DNA of 64,000 bases from Amoebidium appalachense (taxonomy: Eukaryota; Protista; Ichthyosporea): the NCBI GenBank assembly GCA_963693365.1, contig CAVNZM010000011.1, positions 3,912,139 to 3,976,138 on the forward strand, given 5' to 3'. Below are positions 1 to 11,164 of the stretch, piece after piece. Below the pieces are notes generated by a model. It ran no database searches. It was given only the letters and a program-made list of their open reading frames with translations, and was not told the origin of the DNA. Positions within the stretch are counted from its first letter, which is position 1. Every line of letters starts with the position of its first letter. Made by a program: the position numbers and the translations under genes.

Positions 1-3000
1 AATTCGTGGTTCCTTGCTGGGTTTGCGGGGGCCACGCTGTTCTAGGACCCACACATACACAAGGTCATTGTCTATGGTGCAGCGACTAGCTTCCATCGCG
101 ATTTCGTTGCCAAATAATTCGTAGCCCGGTGCTTTTTCCAGGTAGGCCCTGACTTTCGCAATGTGTTTATCAGCCTTCTGTGCTGACACATACTGTTCAT
201 AGGTGGGCATTCGTCCATCCGCTTTTGGGGGAATAAATTCTGGCGGCGTGGTATTAGGTTTCGTGGGTTCAGCTGGGGGTGGGTGGGTGGCAGCTTGTGC
301 CTGCGCTGTCGCTGCGGCGGAGCGTGTTACCGCAAACACCGTGGACGAGCCCGAGACTGTGCCGATCAGTGAGGGGTATGTCAGCTCAGTATCTTCGGGT
401 CCTGGTTGCGCATTTTCTTTAGATGGCCGAGAGAGTCCATCAGCATTGCTGTGGTGTTTGCCCGCCCTGTGCTGAATTTCGTATGTGTATGCGGAAAGCG
501 CCATTTGCCAGCCTGCAACAACAGGTTCCGGTGCATCGCCGGTAGACAGAATGCGCGTCAAGCTGGAGTGGTCGGTTCGTAACAAGAAAGGAGCCCCATA
601 GGTGTAAGCGCGAAATGCTTTGCACACAGCCCAATACACACCTAAGGCTTCCCTTTTATTCGCCGCATAATTTCGTTCACTCTTAGAGAGTGTTCTGCTA
701 GCATAAGCTATGGGTCGTTCTTTGCCGTCATCACCTACCTGCGAAATCACTGCGCCCAGAGCATACTGAGTGTGAAGCATCTGAGTCAACAATAAAAGGT
801 TTGGTGAAATCGGGGTGAGCAAGCACAGGTGCATTAATTAACGCATTCTTAAGGGTATCGTATGCTTTCTCCTGTTCCGTACCCCACACCCATGCAGCAT
901 TTTTCTGTGCTTTCTTTTTCGTGGCCAAAATAGCTGCAGAATCGGCGTGCAAATTTTTTGCTTCGTCTTTTCGTTGTTTTGCGCTGCCGTTGCGTTTGGC
1001 GGGTTTCGTAGAGGGGGGCATTTTTGCGTGAATTCGTTTTAGTAATTCTGAATCCTCCTTCGAGGTGCCCAGCATTCGCGTGAGTGGTTCAGCCGTATGG
1101 CTGAAATCGTCCACAAATATTCGATAATATGAAAATAACCCGAGGTCACTTCGTAGCTCAGATAAATTTTGTGGGTAGCTTTTATTCTTTATTGCTGCCA
1201 CTTTTTCTGGGTCTACCTTAATACCATCCGGGCATACGCGATGGCCTAAATAGCCAACTTCTTCCATGAACAAAGAGCATTTTCTGCCTTTCAGTTTTAA
1301 TCCTGCATCACAGAGCCGGGAAAAACATGAATCTAAATGCCCAAAATGTTCTTCGATAGTGGGTGACATAACTAATATATCATCGAGATATATGAGTACA
1401 TGTGTCCACAGCATACCAGCGAATACACGGTTCATCATCCTTGAAAAGACAGCAGGCATGTTACTTACTCCAAAAGGTGCGCGTGCGAATTGATACTGCC
1501 CCCAGGGGGTGGTAAATGCAAGTTTTTCTTTGTCGTTATCGGCTACTTTGACTTGGTGGTAACCACCGTTTAAATCAAGTGCGGAAAACACGCGGGCACC
1601 TCTGAGCATACCCAGAGCCATGTCAATTCGTGGTAAAGGGTAACCGTCTTTCTTCGTAATCAAGTTCAGCATTCTAAAATCAATGCAGACTCTTAAAGAC
1701 CCGTCCTTTTTCGCCACCAACACCATCGGAGCGGAGTAAGGGCTGGACGCAGGCTCAATCACTCCAAACTCTACCCAATTTTGAATTTGTTTGTGTAGGC
1801 TATCGCGAAGGTGATGTGGGATGTTATAGGGCCTGCGGTACTGTGGTATGGTGGTAGTTACTTCGATCGACAGTTCGTCTAAGGTACTCAAACCAAAGTC
1901 GTTGTCGTGTGCAGAGAACACATGCTTCCATTTCTTAAGCAGTTTTCGTATCCGTTTCGCCAACGGTTTCCGTTGGTCTGGGGGAGTTCCAGGCATGTCG
2001 TATTCTTCTGGAGGTTTGACCCCAAAAGGCAAGTCGTCGTCTGTGGCGGCTTCCCCGTCGGAGGTACATTCGTGCGTACGCTTTCGTAAATTATTCGTAT
2101 CCTCCAGTGCAGTGGTAGATGGTGCCCCATCTGCTGCTTCGATAGTAGGTGGCCCTACCTCTGGTTTTGTTCGTGCTGGATTACCAAAACCATTCATTTT
2201 CGTGGAACTGCGCTGTGTGGTGTTCTCTTTCGTACTCATATTCATAATTTTACTCCGTTCACACACCTTAATACTACCGTTAATATTAGTAGCCGCCTGG
2301 AAAGTGTGTGGTTCGTGTTCGGTGGGTTCTTCGGTTGATTCCTGCGAAGAAAAGTTCGTTTTAGCAGAGGTACCTAATGGATGGCCAGGGTGTGGGGTTG
2401 TCGCCCTCCTGGTTCCATTACCGGAGTGTGGACGTGCTAAAAGAGTAACAGTGTCATCTGATTGCAAGGGAATAAACATGGCCACCTCCGTACCAGGGCC
2501 TAGGTACACATGATGGTCCGATGTGTTAGTCAACAACACCTTGCATTCGTATTCGTCCTCGATCACACTTTCTTCGCTAGTGGAGAGGGGGGGTTCGTTA
2601 TTCGAAATTCGAGCTAAACTGGTGACACTGCATGCTGTTGTGTAAGCCCGTGAATTAAGTGGACCACATGGAACCACTGTGCCCATACAACAGTCTAAAG
2701 TTCGTGGTGGTGGTGCGCCGGCAGCGAGTTTTATTTTACACGTTGCGATATTTGACGCATCTACCGGGAGGTGAATACCTGTGGTGGTAATTAATACGCG
2801 AGAAACAGCTGTCTCCTCCGCACTCCCACGCAACCACCACACCGGAATACTGCACCTGCGATTTCCCTTAGCATACATGAACGAAAGTTCTGCAGCACCG
2901 TAATCAATTCGTCCCTGTTGTGGCCCCATGAAATCAACACCTAATAAGGCATCATATGGTAGATTATCAATCACATGCCATCTGTGCACCACTAGAGCAG

Positions 3001-3557
3001 ATTCGTTGGGAATGGCGAGAGTGAGAGATATACTTCCTTGGCATGTCATTTCGTTACTTTGTGCATCCAGTACACTAAAATTAGGAACATGCTGAATTCG
3101 TTTTCTTGCCACTACAGGGAGAGATTCGTAAAATGCTGTGCTTATACAGCTATGGCTAGCACCAGAGTCGACAACTACTGTGACTAGCTTCCCATGCACA
3201 TACATTCGCGCAAGTGTGGCTGTGCATTTATTTTCGTGGGTTAATGTGCACACAGTGGCATTTTCATGCCGTGGTTCTGCAATGGAGGAGTGCACACGGT
3301 CAGCAAAATGCACATTTTTTCTTTTTGCGCGGGGGCGGGGTGTGCGTATGCATGGGGGGGTCAGTACACGGGGGTAACTGTTCGTGGGGGGGTGGGGCAC
3401 ATGCAGATTCGTGGGAGGGCTCCGAGACAACAGAAATTTCCGCACCAGTAGATTTATTTTGCAATTTATCTGCCAGAGGGGAACACAGTTCCAGCTCTGC
3501 TATTAAATCAAATACATTATGTTCTACTGGGGAGAGACCAGTCCCTTGCCCGCCTTC
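1..3557 (-). CDS. pol: Gypsy-1 Pol (protease, RT, RNase H), frameshifts near ~3320 and ~770, runs off the window edge
   Basis: VVDSGASHS, LRVCIDFR, YLDD, VDSDAS; after the shift IAYASRTL...TDHSSL...NADGLSR. Confidence 0.93.
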
Positions 3558-5558
3558 CTATTCTACACGTGCTCTCTTGAACTTGGCCCGATTAGCCTCA
3601 ATCTCTGCCTTGCGGGTTCCCTTCTTAAAGTTGGGGTCGTACTTGGGGCAAATTGGTGACCCCCCAAAGTGCCCCTTCTGCTTGCAGGAGTGGCATTCGA
3701 ATTTGAGGGCCGGGCACGTCTTGCCTTCGGCGTGGCTGCCGTACTTGCACCCACGGTTGCAGGGGGTGGTGCCCATGCGCGAAAAAATAGACGGCTTCTC
3801 GCTGGCACCAGATCCACCACCGGGTTGCTGTTTTGTGGGGGGTTTCTGTGTTAGAATGGTGGATGGGGTTCGTGTGTGCCTGTCTCTTTCTTTTTCTGCG
3901 AGATAGGCAACAACTCCAGACAGGGTCAATTCTTCTTCTTTTCGTGTTTGTCTGAGTTGATATTTGCGAAATTCTTGTTCGTCTTCCCCACCCAATCGGT
4001 GAGACAAATCCAAAATTTGGTGTGCCTCAGACTTAAGGGGGTACACACGTGCCCACAAACGCGCATGCCTGCTTGCAAATTCGGCCACCTTTTGCTTGCC
4101 TTGTTTGAGTGCATTTAATTCGGCACTGAGTGCCTCTTGCACACGCTGGTCGTGAAATTTCGTAACTAGTGCATGTGCAAATGCATCAAACGTGAGTTCT
4201 CCCTGTGTCCTGGTAAAATTCGTGTACCACACACGGGCGGGGGAAGCAAGAGGAAAGCACTGCACCGCCCAGCGAACAGCAAGTGTGGGGGGGACCCCTG
4301 CAATGCAAAACATCTGCTGGGAAAATTCGTGCAGCCATTCAATCACCGTGCATTTATCCTGCAAGTCACCCTTGTATTCTGGTAGTTTCAATGCAGCCAA
4401 GATGGGGCCGTATTCGGATGCATGCAACTGGCGGAGAGGGTGCAACCACAGTTTTTCGTGCTCTGCAAAGTGCTTGTTCAATATAGACCCAGCCTTACCT
4501 CCTGAGCCTGTGCTGACATCAGAGCCTCTCGGGCGACTTGGCGTGCCTGCCAGTCCACCTGCAGACGCCAGAGGGGATCCTGCAAGGGGGATTTCGTTAA
4601 ATACGGGTGCTTTAGGCTGGTCGAAGTGATCTTCTTCATGCACTTTCGCAGTCATGTGTTCGTTTTCGTTTGTGGGTGTGTCTTCGTAACTTTGTTCGTG
4701 TTTTTCTTCATTTTCAGCATCAGAATCAGTGTAGCTGAGTGTGCGCGCAAGCACATCCTTATATGTAAATTTAGTGGGGGGTGCGGGAGGTGCAATTACC
4801 TTGGGATCAGTGCACCCAGATGGGACCGGGGACAAAGGCTTCTTGCCTGTGGTGGGTGGGGGAGGACGGGGGGTGGTGGGCACCGTCGTATTTTTCACAC
4901 GTGCCTCAGCCACCAACTGTGCTTCCCGCTCCAACTCAGACCATTTCGCGGACGTGCACAACATTCTAGACAGTGTGGTGTCTTCCATCTGCGAAATCTC
5001 ACTGTAAATCTGCGCGACATCAGCTTCGAGGTCCATCACAGGCCGCCCAGCATCGATTGCAGTTTGAATGGCACGTCTCAGAGTTTCAATACGATAGAAC
5101 TTGGAGAGAACACGGCCCCGCACCTCTGCCAGAGCTGTGGCAGTGTCCCGGTCTTGTTTCGTTTTTTCCTTCGTTGCTACTTGAAGTTCGTTCGTGTGTT
5201 TGTTGGTGTTCGTGTGTTCGTTGGTGTTCGTATGTTCGTTGGTTTTCGTGTGTTCGTTGCGCTTCGTTTTGTCTTTGGGTTTCGTGCTTTCGTTGGGCTT
5301 CGTTTGTTCGTTGCCAGTGGGCTTCGTAGTTGCCTTTGTGTTCGTGTGTGTGTTGGGTTTTGTGATCGTGTTCGGTTTCTGGGGAGCACGAGGCTGTGTA
5401 GGGGGAGGGGTGGGGAGTGTTTTCGTGCCCTGCCCCGGAGTCTTGGCTTTCTTCTGCGTTGGGGGCGGCGGTTTGACTGCGGTAGGCTTCTTGGTGTCAC
5501 GTGTCAGTTTGCTTTCATTGTCCGAGAGTACAGGGTAGTCGTCAAATTCGCCCGCCAT
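3558..5558 (-). CDS. gag: Gypsy-1 Gag, 666 aa
   Basis: Capsid-like core (LPEYKGD...WLHEF...LKQGKQKVAEF), C-terminal knuckle CHSCKQKGHFGGSPIC; homologous to Gypsy-2 Gag. Confidence 0.9.
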   Translation of the reverse strand: MAGEFDDYPVLSDNESKLTRDTKKPTAVKPPPPTQKKAKTPGQGTKTLPTPPPTQPRAPQKPNTITKPNTHTNTKATTKPTGNEQTKPNESTKPKDKTKRNEHTKTNEHTNTNEHTNTNKHTNELQVATKEKTKQDRDTATALAEVRGRVLSKFYRIETLRRAIQTAIDAGRPVMDLEADVAQIYSEISQMEDTTLSRMLCTSAKWSELEREAQLVAEARVKNTTVPTTPRPPPPTTGKKPLSPVPSGCTDPKVIAPPAPPTKFTYKDVLARTLSYTDSDAENEEKHEQSYEDTPTNENEHMTAKVHEEDHFDQPKAPVFNEIPLAGSPLASAGGLAGTPSRPRGSDVSTGSGGKAGSILNKHFAEHEKLWLHPLRQLHASEYGPILAALKLPEYKGDLQDKCTVIEWLHEFSQQMFCIAGVPPTLAVRWAVQCFPLASPARVWYTNFTRTQGELTFDAFAHALVTKFHDQRVQEALSAELNALKQGKQKVAEFASRHARLWARVYPLKSEAHQILDLSHRLGGEDEQEFRKYQLRQTRKEEELTLSGVVAYLAEKERDRHTRTPSTILTQKPPTKQQPGGGSGASEKPSIFSRMGTTPCNRGCKYGSHAEGKTCPALKFECHSCKQKGHFGGSPICPKYDPNFKKGTRKAEIEANRAKFKRARVE

Positions 5559-5591
5559 GGTTGAAGAGATTCTTGAAAGATGTGAGATTCT

Positions 5592-5609
5592 GGAACTGCG
5601 CGGTCGCCA
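5592..5609 (-). promoter_or_regulatory. Primer binding site TGGCGACCGC, probably tRNA-Arg
   Basis: Directly follows LTR end; same TGGCGACCGC as Gypsy-2 PBS. Confidence 0.75.
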
Positions 5610-5610
5610 A

Positions 5611-6055
5611 TGTAAACAGTTGAACTAGTTGGGATAAGGCAGAGAACAACTGAATCAGAATAAAGACAGAGAACGGGTAGTAAGGCACACGCGGCCAGGT
5701 TACTATTTAATGTGCTCGTTCAGAGTGATCCCCCGTACTGGGACGGCTTGTTTATATAGCCCCCAGGTTCCGGATCATCTGGATGGGTGGCATTGATGCC
5801 TTCGTGACTTCTGACCAGTCACAAGAGTGCGGTCGTCTTTATGTGCACACAGTGCACCAATAACATGAAGCTAACTAAAAGGATAACTTTGTGGCAAATG
5901 ATTGGCCAATACTTAAGCCCGTTTAGGTTTATGCAACTGGGTCTGATTTCCTTATTGGTTCCGTTCGTTTAGCTATAGATGTCGCCTCCGTAGTGGATGA
6001 GACTTGCATTCCTATCCTAGCGGTTCTCGAATTCTGTTGGTTCATACTGACTGCA
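5611..6055 (-). repeat. 5' LTR of Gypsy-1
   Basis: Minus strand starts TGCAGTCAGT and ends ACTGTTTACA directly before the PBS; second LTR not in window, so the outer end is approximate. Confidence 0.6.
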
Positions 6056-6211
6056 CGGCCACTGCATATTGCCGGCGCCGCGGCTCAGTCGTGAGCCGCA
6101 GCCCGCGGCTGTCACGTGTGATATTGATCTGATCATATGTACACAATATCTACGTGATCACTATGATATGTACAGTATATTCGTAATAGTAAACATGTAC
6201 GGCGTGTACAG

Positions 6212-6727
6212 ATGTTTACACGCATCTCAAACTGCAAGACCGTGCGCATCACACACGTCGACACCGACCTGCCCAGCGACGACGAGGACACCTACACCGA
6301 CCCCGCGCCCCCCGTGCTCTTCATCCGCGCAGTCCAGCGCCTGACCATGACGAACCACTTCACCCCGTGGCGCGCCTACGACATGGAGACCCTGGTCGCT
6401 GTCCGCGCAGTATGGACCGCGTCGTTCATGCGCGCTATCCGCACCCTGTGCAGGCTGCGCCACCTGTGCATCGTCTGGATCGTTGCAAGTCCTTACCACC
6501 CGCGCGTCCGCGGCATGTGCCTTCCCGAACACCCCTCCTTCCTAGTCATGGAGGGCTTTGCAAGCGTCTCCTTGGACACGGAGTGCGCGCCTCGTCCGCG
6601 CCTCATCACCCCCATCACGTCCGATACCGTCGTCGTCGAGCTCGCCGGCGAGAAGTGGAGGGTCGGTGAAACGGCCCAGTTCTACGAGGTCGCACACGGC
6701 CTGTTTGCACGCGCGCCGCAGGCTTGA
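6212..6727 (+). CDS. Orphan protein, 171 aa
   Basis: ATG start, GC3-rich coding-like composition, AATAAA at 6805. Confidence 0.6.
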   Translation: MFTRISNCKTVRITHVDTDLPSDDEDTYTDPAPPVLFIRAVQRLTMTNHFTPWRAYDMETLVAVRAVWTASFMRAIRTLCRLRHLCIVWIVASPYHPRVRGMCLPEHPSFLVMEGFASVSLDTECAPRPRLITPITSDTVVVELAGEKWRVGETAQFYEVAHGLFARAPQA

Positions 6728-6842
6728 CCACACACGCACACACACCATGTACATTTAACTACACACACGCGGGGCTGGCCCCCGCCTTCACAACACACAA
6801 ACTCAATAAACGTCTGTTTGTATTTTTATTGGTGCCACACGT

Positions 6843-7133
6843 ATGGCGTATCGCTGGGAATACAAGCTCAAGGAGGAGCCAGGCAAGGCCCCCGTCATCC
6901 AGGCCACGGTTGTCCCCACAGAGGAAACGCAACGCCACACCGAGCGCGAGAAGCAGCGCTACGCCAGGGAGCTCGCGGACAAGGGCTACATCGACCTGCC
7001 CGACGAGCTCGCGCGGAAGTGCGGGTTCAAGCACTGGGTGCCCAAGAACCAGGCCATGACCGCGATTGTCATGCAAAGGATGTTAGAACCCGATGACGAG
7101 CCAGAGCCGCCCATGGAAAATAAAGAGAAATAG
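6843..7133 (+). CDS. Orphan charged protein, 96 aa
   Basis: ATG start, coding-like codon bias, AATAAA 7119-7124 just before the stop. Confidence 0.6.
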   Translation: MAYRWEYKLKEEPGKAPVIQATVVPTEETQRHTEREKQRYARELADKGYIDLPDELARKCGFKHWVPKNQAMTAIVMQRMLEPDDEPEPPMENKEK

Positions 7134-7164
7134 GCAGCGCGACAGATCAGGGGGGATGTTGTGG

Positions 7165-7302
7165 CTTTGATTGGTGCAAGGTCTTTGGATGTGACTTCTG
7201 ATTTCCGATTGGTGGATCTTGTGTTTGCTCTTTAATTGGTTCTTGATTGGTTGACGGGTGTGATCTGATTGGCTTGATGCTTGCGCGACATCCGGTATAA
7301 AA
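7165..7302 (+). promoter_or_regulatory. CCAAT-box cluster (ATTGG) plus TATAAAA upstream of the 290-aa ORF
   Basis: Five ATTGG copies in ~100 bp, TATAAAA at 7296-7302. Confidence 0.55.
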
Positions 7303-7364
7303 GCTTACCACACAAGAACAGGCCACCAGTTCGCATTTCCAATTTCACATGAACATTCTGTGTT

Positions 7365-8237
7365 ATGAAAATGCCGGTGCGCATGGAACTGACCCGCATC
7401 GCCACGGAGGACGAGCTCACGAGGTACCTAGACCGCAAATTTGAATGCGTTGCAGAATCCACGGGCGATGGCCGGGATTGGTCGTGCCTAATTGAGTCGA
7501 GATGGGACCACGCACACAGGGTGGCTATTCCCATTCTGTCAAACGGACAGATCAGTGTCCAGAGTGTTGGTGTAAATGGCATGACTCGTTATGAGCGCGA
7601 CGAACGTTCCATGCGCGGCTACATCAAACTGTACAAGCCCGGACACCCCGTTACCGACCCGACCCTCAGCGAATACTACTATGAATTCGACACCACGCTC
7701 AGCGACAGCGAGGCCGGCATGGGGTATGGTTACAGATGTGAACGACGGCCCCCCGTATACGCCACCAAGCCGACCAGAGACGGATGGGTTTTCTGGAACG
7801 TTTTTGGGGATCCAAACTTGGATGAAGTCGATGGTGTGGCGCCTGCCATGTCCAGGAAACCCTACTGGGTCATGCCCAGCCTCCTGTTTGAGAACGTCGT
7901 ATGCACTACCCCATCCCCTGCCGCGCCTCCGTCCACCCTGCAAGAGGGTGCCTACCGCGTCGGGATCGAGCACGGTGCCCCCGTTTCGATGGCCCCCGGC
8001 GCTGTGGCCGCTCAAGACTTCACCACCGCGCTTGACGACTGGGCCTCCGAGTGGCTCGACCCGTTCTTTGAGCGGGTCAACGTCCAGGTCGAGAACGCGG
8101 GTCTGCCGCTAAGGGACGCCGTGTTGGACACCGTCCACGCCCGCAACCGCACAACCGAGTTCTTCGGCCTGCCTCGCAGCCTGCGTAGAGGACCGACACC
8201 GTGGAACAACTCAGGCCATGTAGGACACGCACTTTGA
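7365..8237 (+). CDS. Orphan protein, 290 aa
   Basis: Long intronless ORF with TATA upstream and AATAAA at 8303. Confidence 0.7.
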   Translation: MKMPVRMELTRIATEDELTRYLDRKFECVAESTGDGRDWSCLIESRWDHAHRVAIPILSNGQISVQSVGVNGMTRYERDERSMRGYIKLYKPGHPVTDPTLSEYYYEFDTTLSDSEAGMGYGYRCERRPPVYATKPTRDGWVFWNVFGDPNLDEVDGVAPAMSRKPYWVMPSLLFENVVCTTPSPAAPPSTLQEGAYRVGIEHGAPVSMAPGAVAAQDFTTALDDWASEWLDPFFERVNVQVENAGLPLRDAVLDTVHARNRTTEFFGLPRSLRRGPTPWNNSGHVGHAL

Positions 8238-8435
8238 AGACGGCTTGCCGTGGATTTGTCCTCCGCGGACAGGCCCGCTTGGGGTCTTGTGGGTTTCGTC
8301 CTAATAAATGCAGGTGACTGGTCACCGGTGGCACTGTATCCGCTATTTTTGGAGGAATGTCATTTGTATATTGATAAACAATAAAACCCATTGATCGTTG
8401 GTCAGTCGTGTCAATTTAATCTTTTTCCTTGTGAA

Positions 8436-8783
8436 ATGGACGTGGAAGTGTACAACCCAGGGTGTTATTGGTACGTGGGAGATCGCGGGCGGTTAGACAA
8501 CATGCTGCGCAGCGCGCGTGCTCACTCTGGGACTGTGGTTCTTTCCGCGACGAGTGATTTGATTACACAAGTATGTGGAGTGGATCAAAAAAGCCGCTTT
8601 GTTGTGAACGCGTTGGCGAGCAGCCTGTCGATTCCAGATATATGTTGGAATGTCGGTGAACTCGTCGGTGTTTTGACAAAAACACAGTCTCGTGTACCGG
8701 AAGTCGTGGTGATTGCCAAGCGAGAGCCCTGGTGGGATCCACCTTTCAAAGGGGTGGGTCGTTTCAAGTTGATACGGGTGTAG
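8436..8783 (+). CDS. Orphan protein, ~115 aa
   Basis: ATG at 8436 (MDVEVYNPGC...), converges with the next ORF. Confidence 0.5.
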   Translation: MDVEVYNPGCYWYVGDRGRLDNMLRSARAHSGTVVLSATSDLITQVCGVDQKSRFVVNALASSLSIPDICWNVGELVGVLTKTQSRVPEVVVIAKREPWWDPPFKGVGRFKLIRV

Positions 8784-9033
8784 CACCTGAAAGTATTTTC
8801 TGTGCGGTTTCCGTCTCGGTGAATTGTGTGGATGTGGTGTATGTATATGCAAGCATTAGTGGCAACAGTATCCACAGCCAGCGAATCATGAAGTTGTCGC
8901 ATAATGGGTCCAGTATTGGGTGGGACCCGGTTTTTTGCTTCAGTGATCTGTTTATTCTATGAACGTCACATGATATCAGCGTCAACCAGAACAGGACGAA
9001 TGAGATGGCGGACGCGACTACCCAAGGCCACAT
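8764..9033 (-). CDS. Small membrane protein with two hydrophobic segments, ~89 aa
   Basis: MWPWVVASAISFVLFWLTLIS and FMIRWLWILLPLMLAY. Confidence 0.45.
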   Translation of the reverse strand: MWPWVVASAISFVLFWLTLISCDVHRINRSLKQKTGSHPILDPLCDNFMIRWLWILLPLMLAYTYTTSTQFTETETAQKILSGATPVST

Positions 9034-9134
9034 TGTGCACTTGTACCAATAAAAAGAGGAAGCCTGTGTCTGTCGCGCGATACGACCCTTCACAGCACCG
9101 CCTGGGCCTTTTTTTTCGATCCGTATCTAAATCG

Positions 9135-9310
9135 GATCTGGTTGGTCCGCCCGGTTTGACCGCTGATCTAATTGGTCCGCCCGGTTTGACCTCTGATCTG
9201 ATTAGTCCTAATTGGTTTGTGTGTTTTGACCGTTGATCTGATTGGTCCATCCGGTTTGACCGTTGATCTGATTAGTTCGCGTGGTTTGACCGCTGATCTG
9301 ATTGGTCCCG
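9135..9310. repeat. ~30-bp tandem repeat x6 with CCAAT-like core
   Basis: Units GATCTGATTGGTCCGCCCGGTTTGACCGCT and variants. Confidence 0.85.
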
Positions 9311-9622
9311 AACGCCGCGGTAATCACCATAATGGGAAGCATGTGTGGTGGCGTGCTTTTTGCGTGGTTTGGTTGGTTGTTCACTCGGCGAATTTTATTT
9401 TTTTTTTTTGCAAAGCGAAACGCGAGGCCACTTGATTGGCCAGACGAAATAATCACTCCAAAAAACGTGAAAGGCGAGCCCTTTAATTGGCCAAGCGAAA
9501 ATAAAGCATTGTTTTAATTGGCTATGTTTCTGCTGAGTTGAACCCTACGTGATGCGCATTGGTTCGTTTTGGTGGTTGCGCTAATGCAGATGTTTATAAG
9601 GACTCTTCGCGTCGCAGAAGCC

Positions 9623-9881
9623 TTCTGTTTTCCATCGTGAACGAGCCGTGTTGTAAGCGTCCTTTTTTAGAAGAGACTTTTTTTCTGTTTTCCATCGTGA
9701 ACGAGCCGTGTTGTAAGCGTCCTTTTTTAGAAGAGACTTTTTTTCTGTTTTCCATCGTGAACGAGCCGTGTTGTAAGCGTCCTTTTTTAGAAGAGACTTT
9801 TTTTCTGTTTTCCATCGTGAACGAGCCGTGTTTTAAGCGTCCTTTTTTTAGAAGAGATTTTTTTTTTCTGTTTTCCATCGT
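9623..9881. repeat. 60-bp tandem repeat, ~4.3 copies
   Basis: Lines 9661, 9721 and 9781 are near-identical; lies between TATAA (9595) and ATG 9972. Confidence 0.95.
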
Positions 9882-9971
9882 CTACGAACCGTGACATGTA
9901 GCGACACAAAATTTCGGTGTTTGATTGTGTTTTTAAGCCCGTTTGGAATCGTTCGTGTTAACGGGTTCACA

Positions 9972-10982
9972 ATGGCTTCTATTCGCTATGCTCGTGTCTC
10001 CGGGACTTTTCGGGTTATTATTGATTTCTTTGATGCACTGGAAACAAGACCCTCCCACAAGCGTGACCCGAGCATGCAAAGCCACATGCGGATTTCCCTG
10101 CCTTCCCTTGCCAGATTGTGGCGTCACGCACAGGTCCTCGCGGTGACTAACGAAACTGTCGTCGATTCGATTGACGAATATGATTTTTTGTTGGATAAGT
10201 TGCTCGACGTTTGTGCACATCTCACCCTCGACACCTCTGGTATAGCAACAATTGGTGTTCGTGACTTCCGGTTGTGTTTGAAAAAAATCGATGCCGATTC
10301 TATTTTTTCTCCCGACGTCGAAGTACATCGCTCCTACAAAGCTGATTGGGATGACGTTGTTGGCAAATGCATCGCGTTCATGACATATCGTGACAGTGCT
10401 CTATACGACCAAGACCCGTGGCCTGTGACCGATGAAGACAAGAAGGTTTTCAGTTGTGTGTTGGCCGAGTATTCGTATTTGTATGCCCTTACCTCCGCCG
10501 TGAATGCCCAGAAGAAGGACGAGATTGGGGCCCTTTCTCGTCAGATTAAAGTGCTACAGGCACAGAAATCCAAACTCACAAGCGACGTGTACAACAACGA
10601 ACAGCGTCTGAAGCGATATCACAACGTCGAGCCGAAAGAGTGTCATTTTGGTTGTGGTCTGCCTCGCCGACGCGGTTCTGGCGACTCCGTCAAACGACGT
10701 AAGAGTAGTTGTGACGATTTGGGTGGTGATGGTGGTGGTGATGCTCTTGCTTTGTATGTGAAGATGGAGTCTTTGGAGGAACATGTGCGTTTGGAACGTG
10801 TGCGTACATTGGCCTATTGCGAGTCAGGTGATGAGAGTGAAAGTGAAAGCGAAAGTGAAAGTGAAAATAGTGGTGATGACGACAATGGTGTATCTCTGGT
10901 TGTGTACCATAACACATCTCGTCCCTCTCTCCTTTTCCGTCCAAATATGAATGTACAATCCGATCATACCGAGGATGAATGA
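9972..10982 (+). CDS. Orphan protein, 336 aa, with coiled coil, basic NLS-like patch and acidic ES tail
   Basis: Long intronless ORF; LSRQIKVLQAQKSKLTSDV heptads, RRR...KRRK, ESESESE; AATAAA at 11099. Confidence 0.7.
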   Translation: MASIRYARVSGTFRVIIDFFDALETRPSHKRDPSMQSHMRISLPSLARLWRHAQVLAVTNETVVDSIDEYDFLLDKLLDVCAHLTLDTSGIATIGVRDFRLCLKKIDADSIFSPDVEVHRSYKADWDDVVGKCIAFMTYRDSALYDQDPWPVTDEDKKVFSCVLAEYSYLYALTSAVNAQKKDEIGALSRQIKVLQAQKSKLTSDVYNNEQRLKRYHNVEPKECHFGCGLPRRRGSGDSVKRRKSSCDDLGGDGGGDALALYVKMESLEEHVRLERVRTLAYCESGDESESESESESENSGDDDNGVSLVVYHNTSRPSLLFRPNMNVQSDHTEDE

Positions 10983-11164
10983 CCTGTATATAGAAAAAAC
11001 CGACACTCACCTTTTGGAATTTATATGCTCGAATTTAGATCATTGATGCTGATCAGAATATGTGGGTTGGGAATTGTTATACCCGTATTGTATGCTAAAA
11101 TAAACCCCCGTGAAGTATATACAGATCCCTGTTTTTGGAAACCCCCCCCCCCCCCCCCCGGCCC

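Larger units (their letters stand above)
1..6055 (-). mobile_element. Ty3/Gypsy LTR retrotransposon (Gypsy-1), 5' part; 3' end lies left of the window
   Basis: gag and PR-RT-RH on minus strand, PBS next to an LTR ending TTTACA; outer LTR end (~6055) is inferred from an imperfect terminal inverted repeat only. Confidence 0.9.

Noticed and set aside
4626-5564. 312-aa plus-strand ORF and similar antisense ORFs over TE genes
   Set aside because: Shadow frames of gag/pol with no independent motifs
10805-10870. LxCxE Rb-binding motif before the acidic tract of the 336-aa ORF
   Set aside because: Sequence is LAYCES; spacing does not fit
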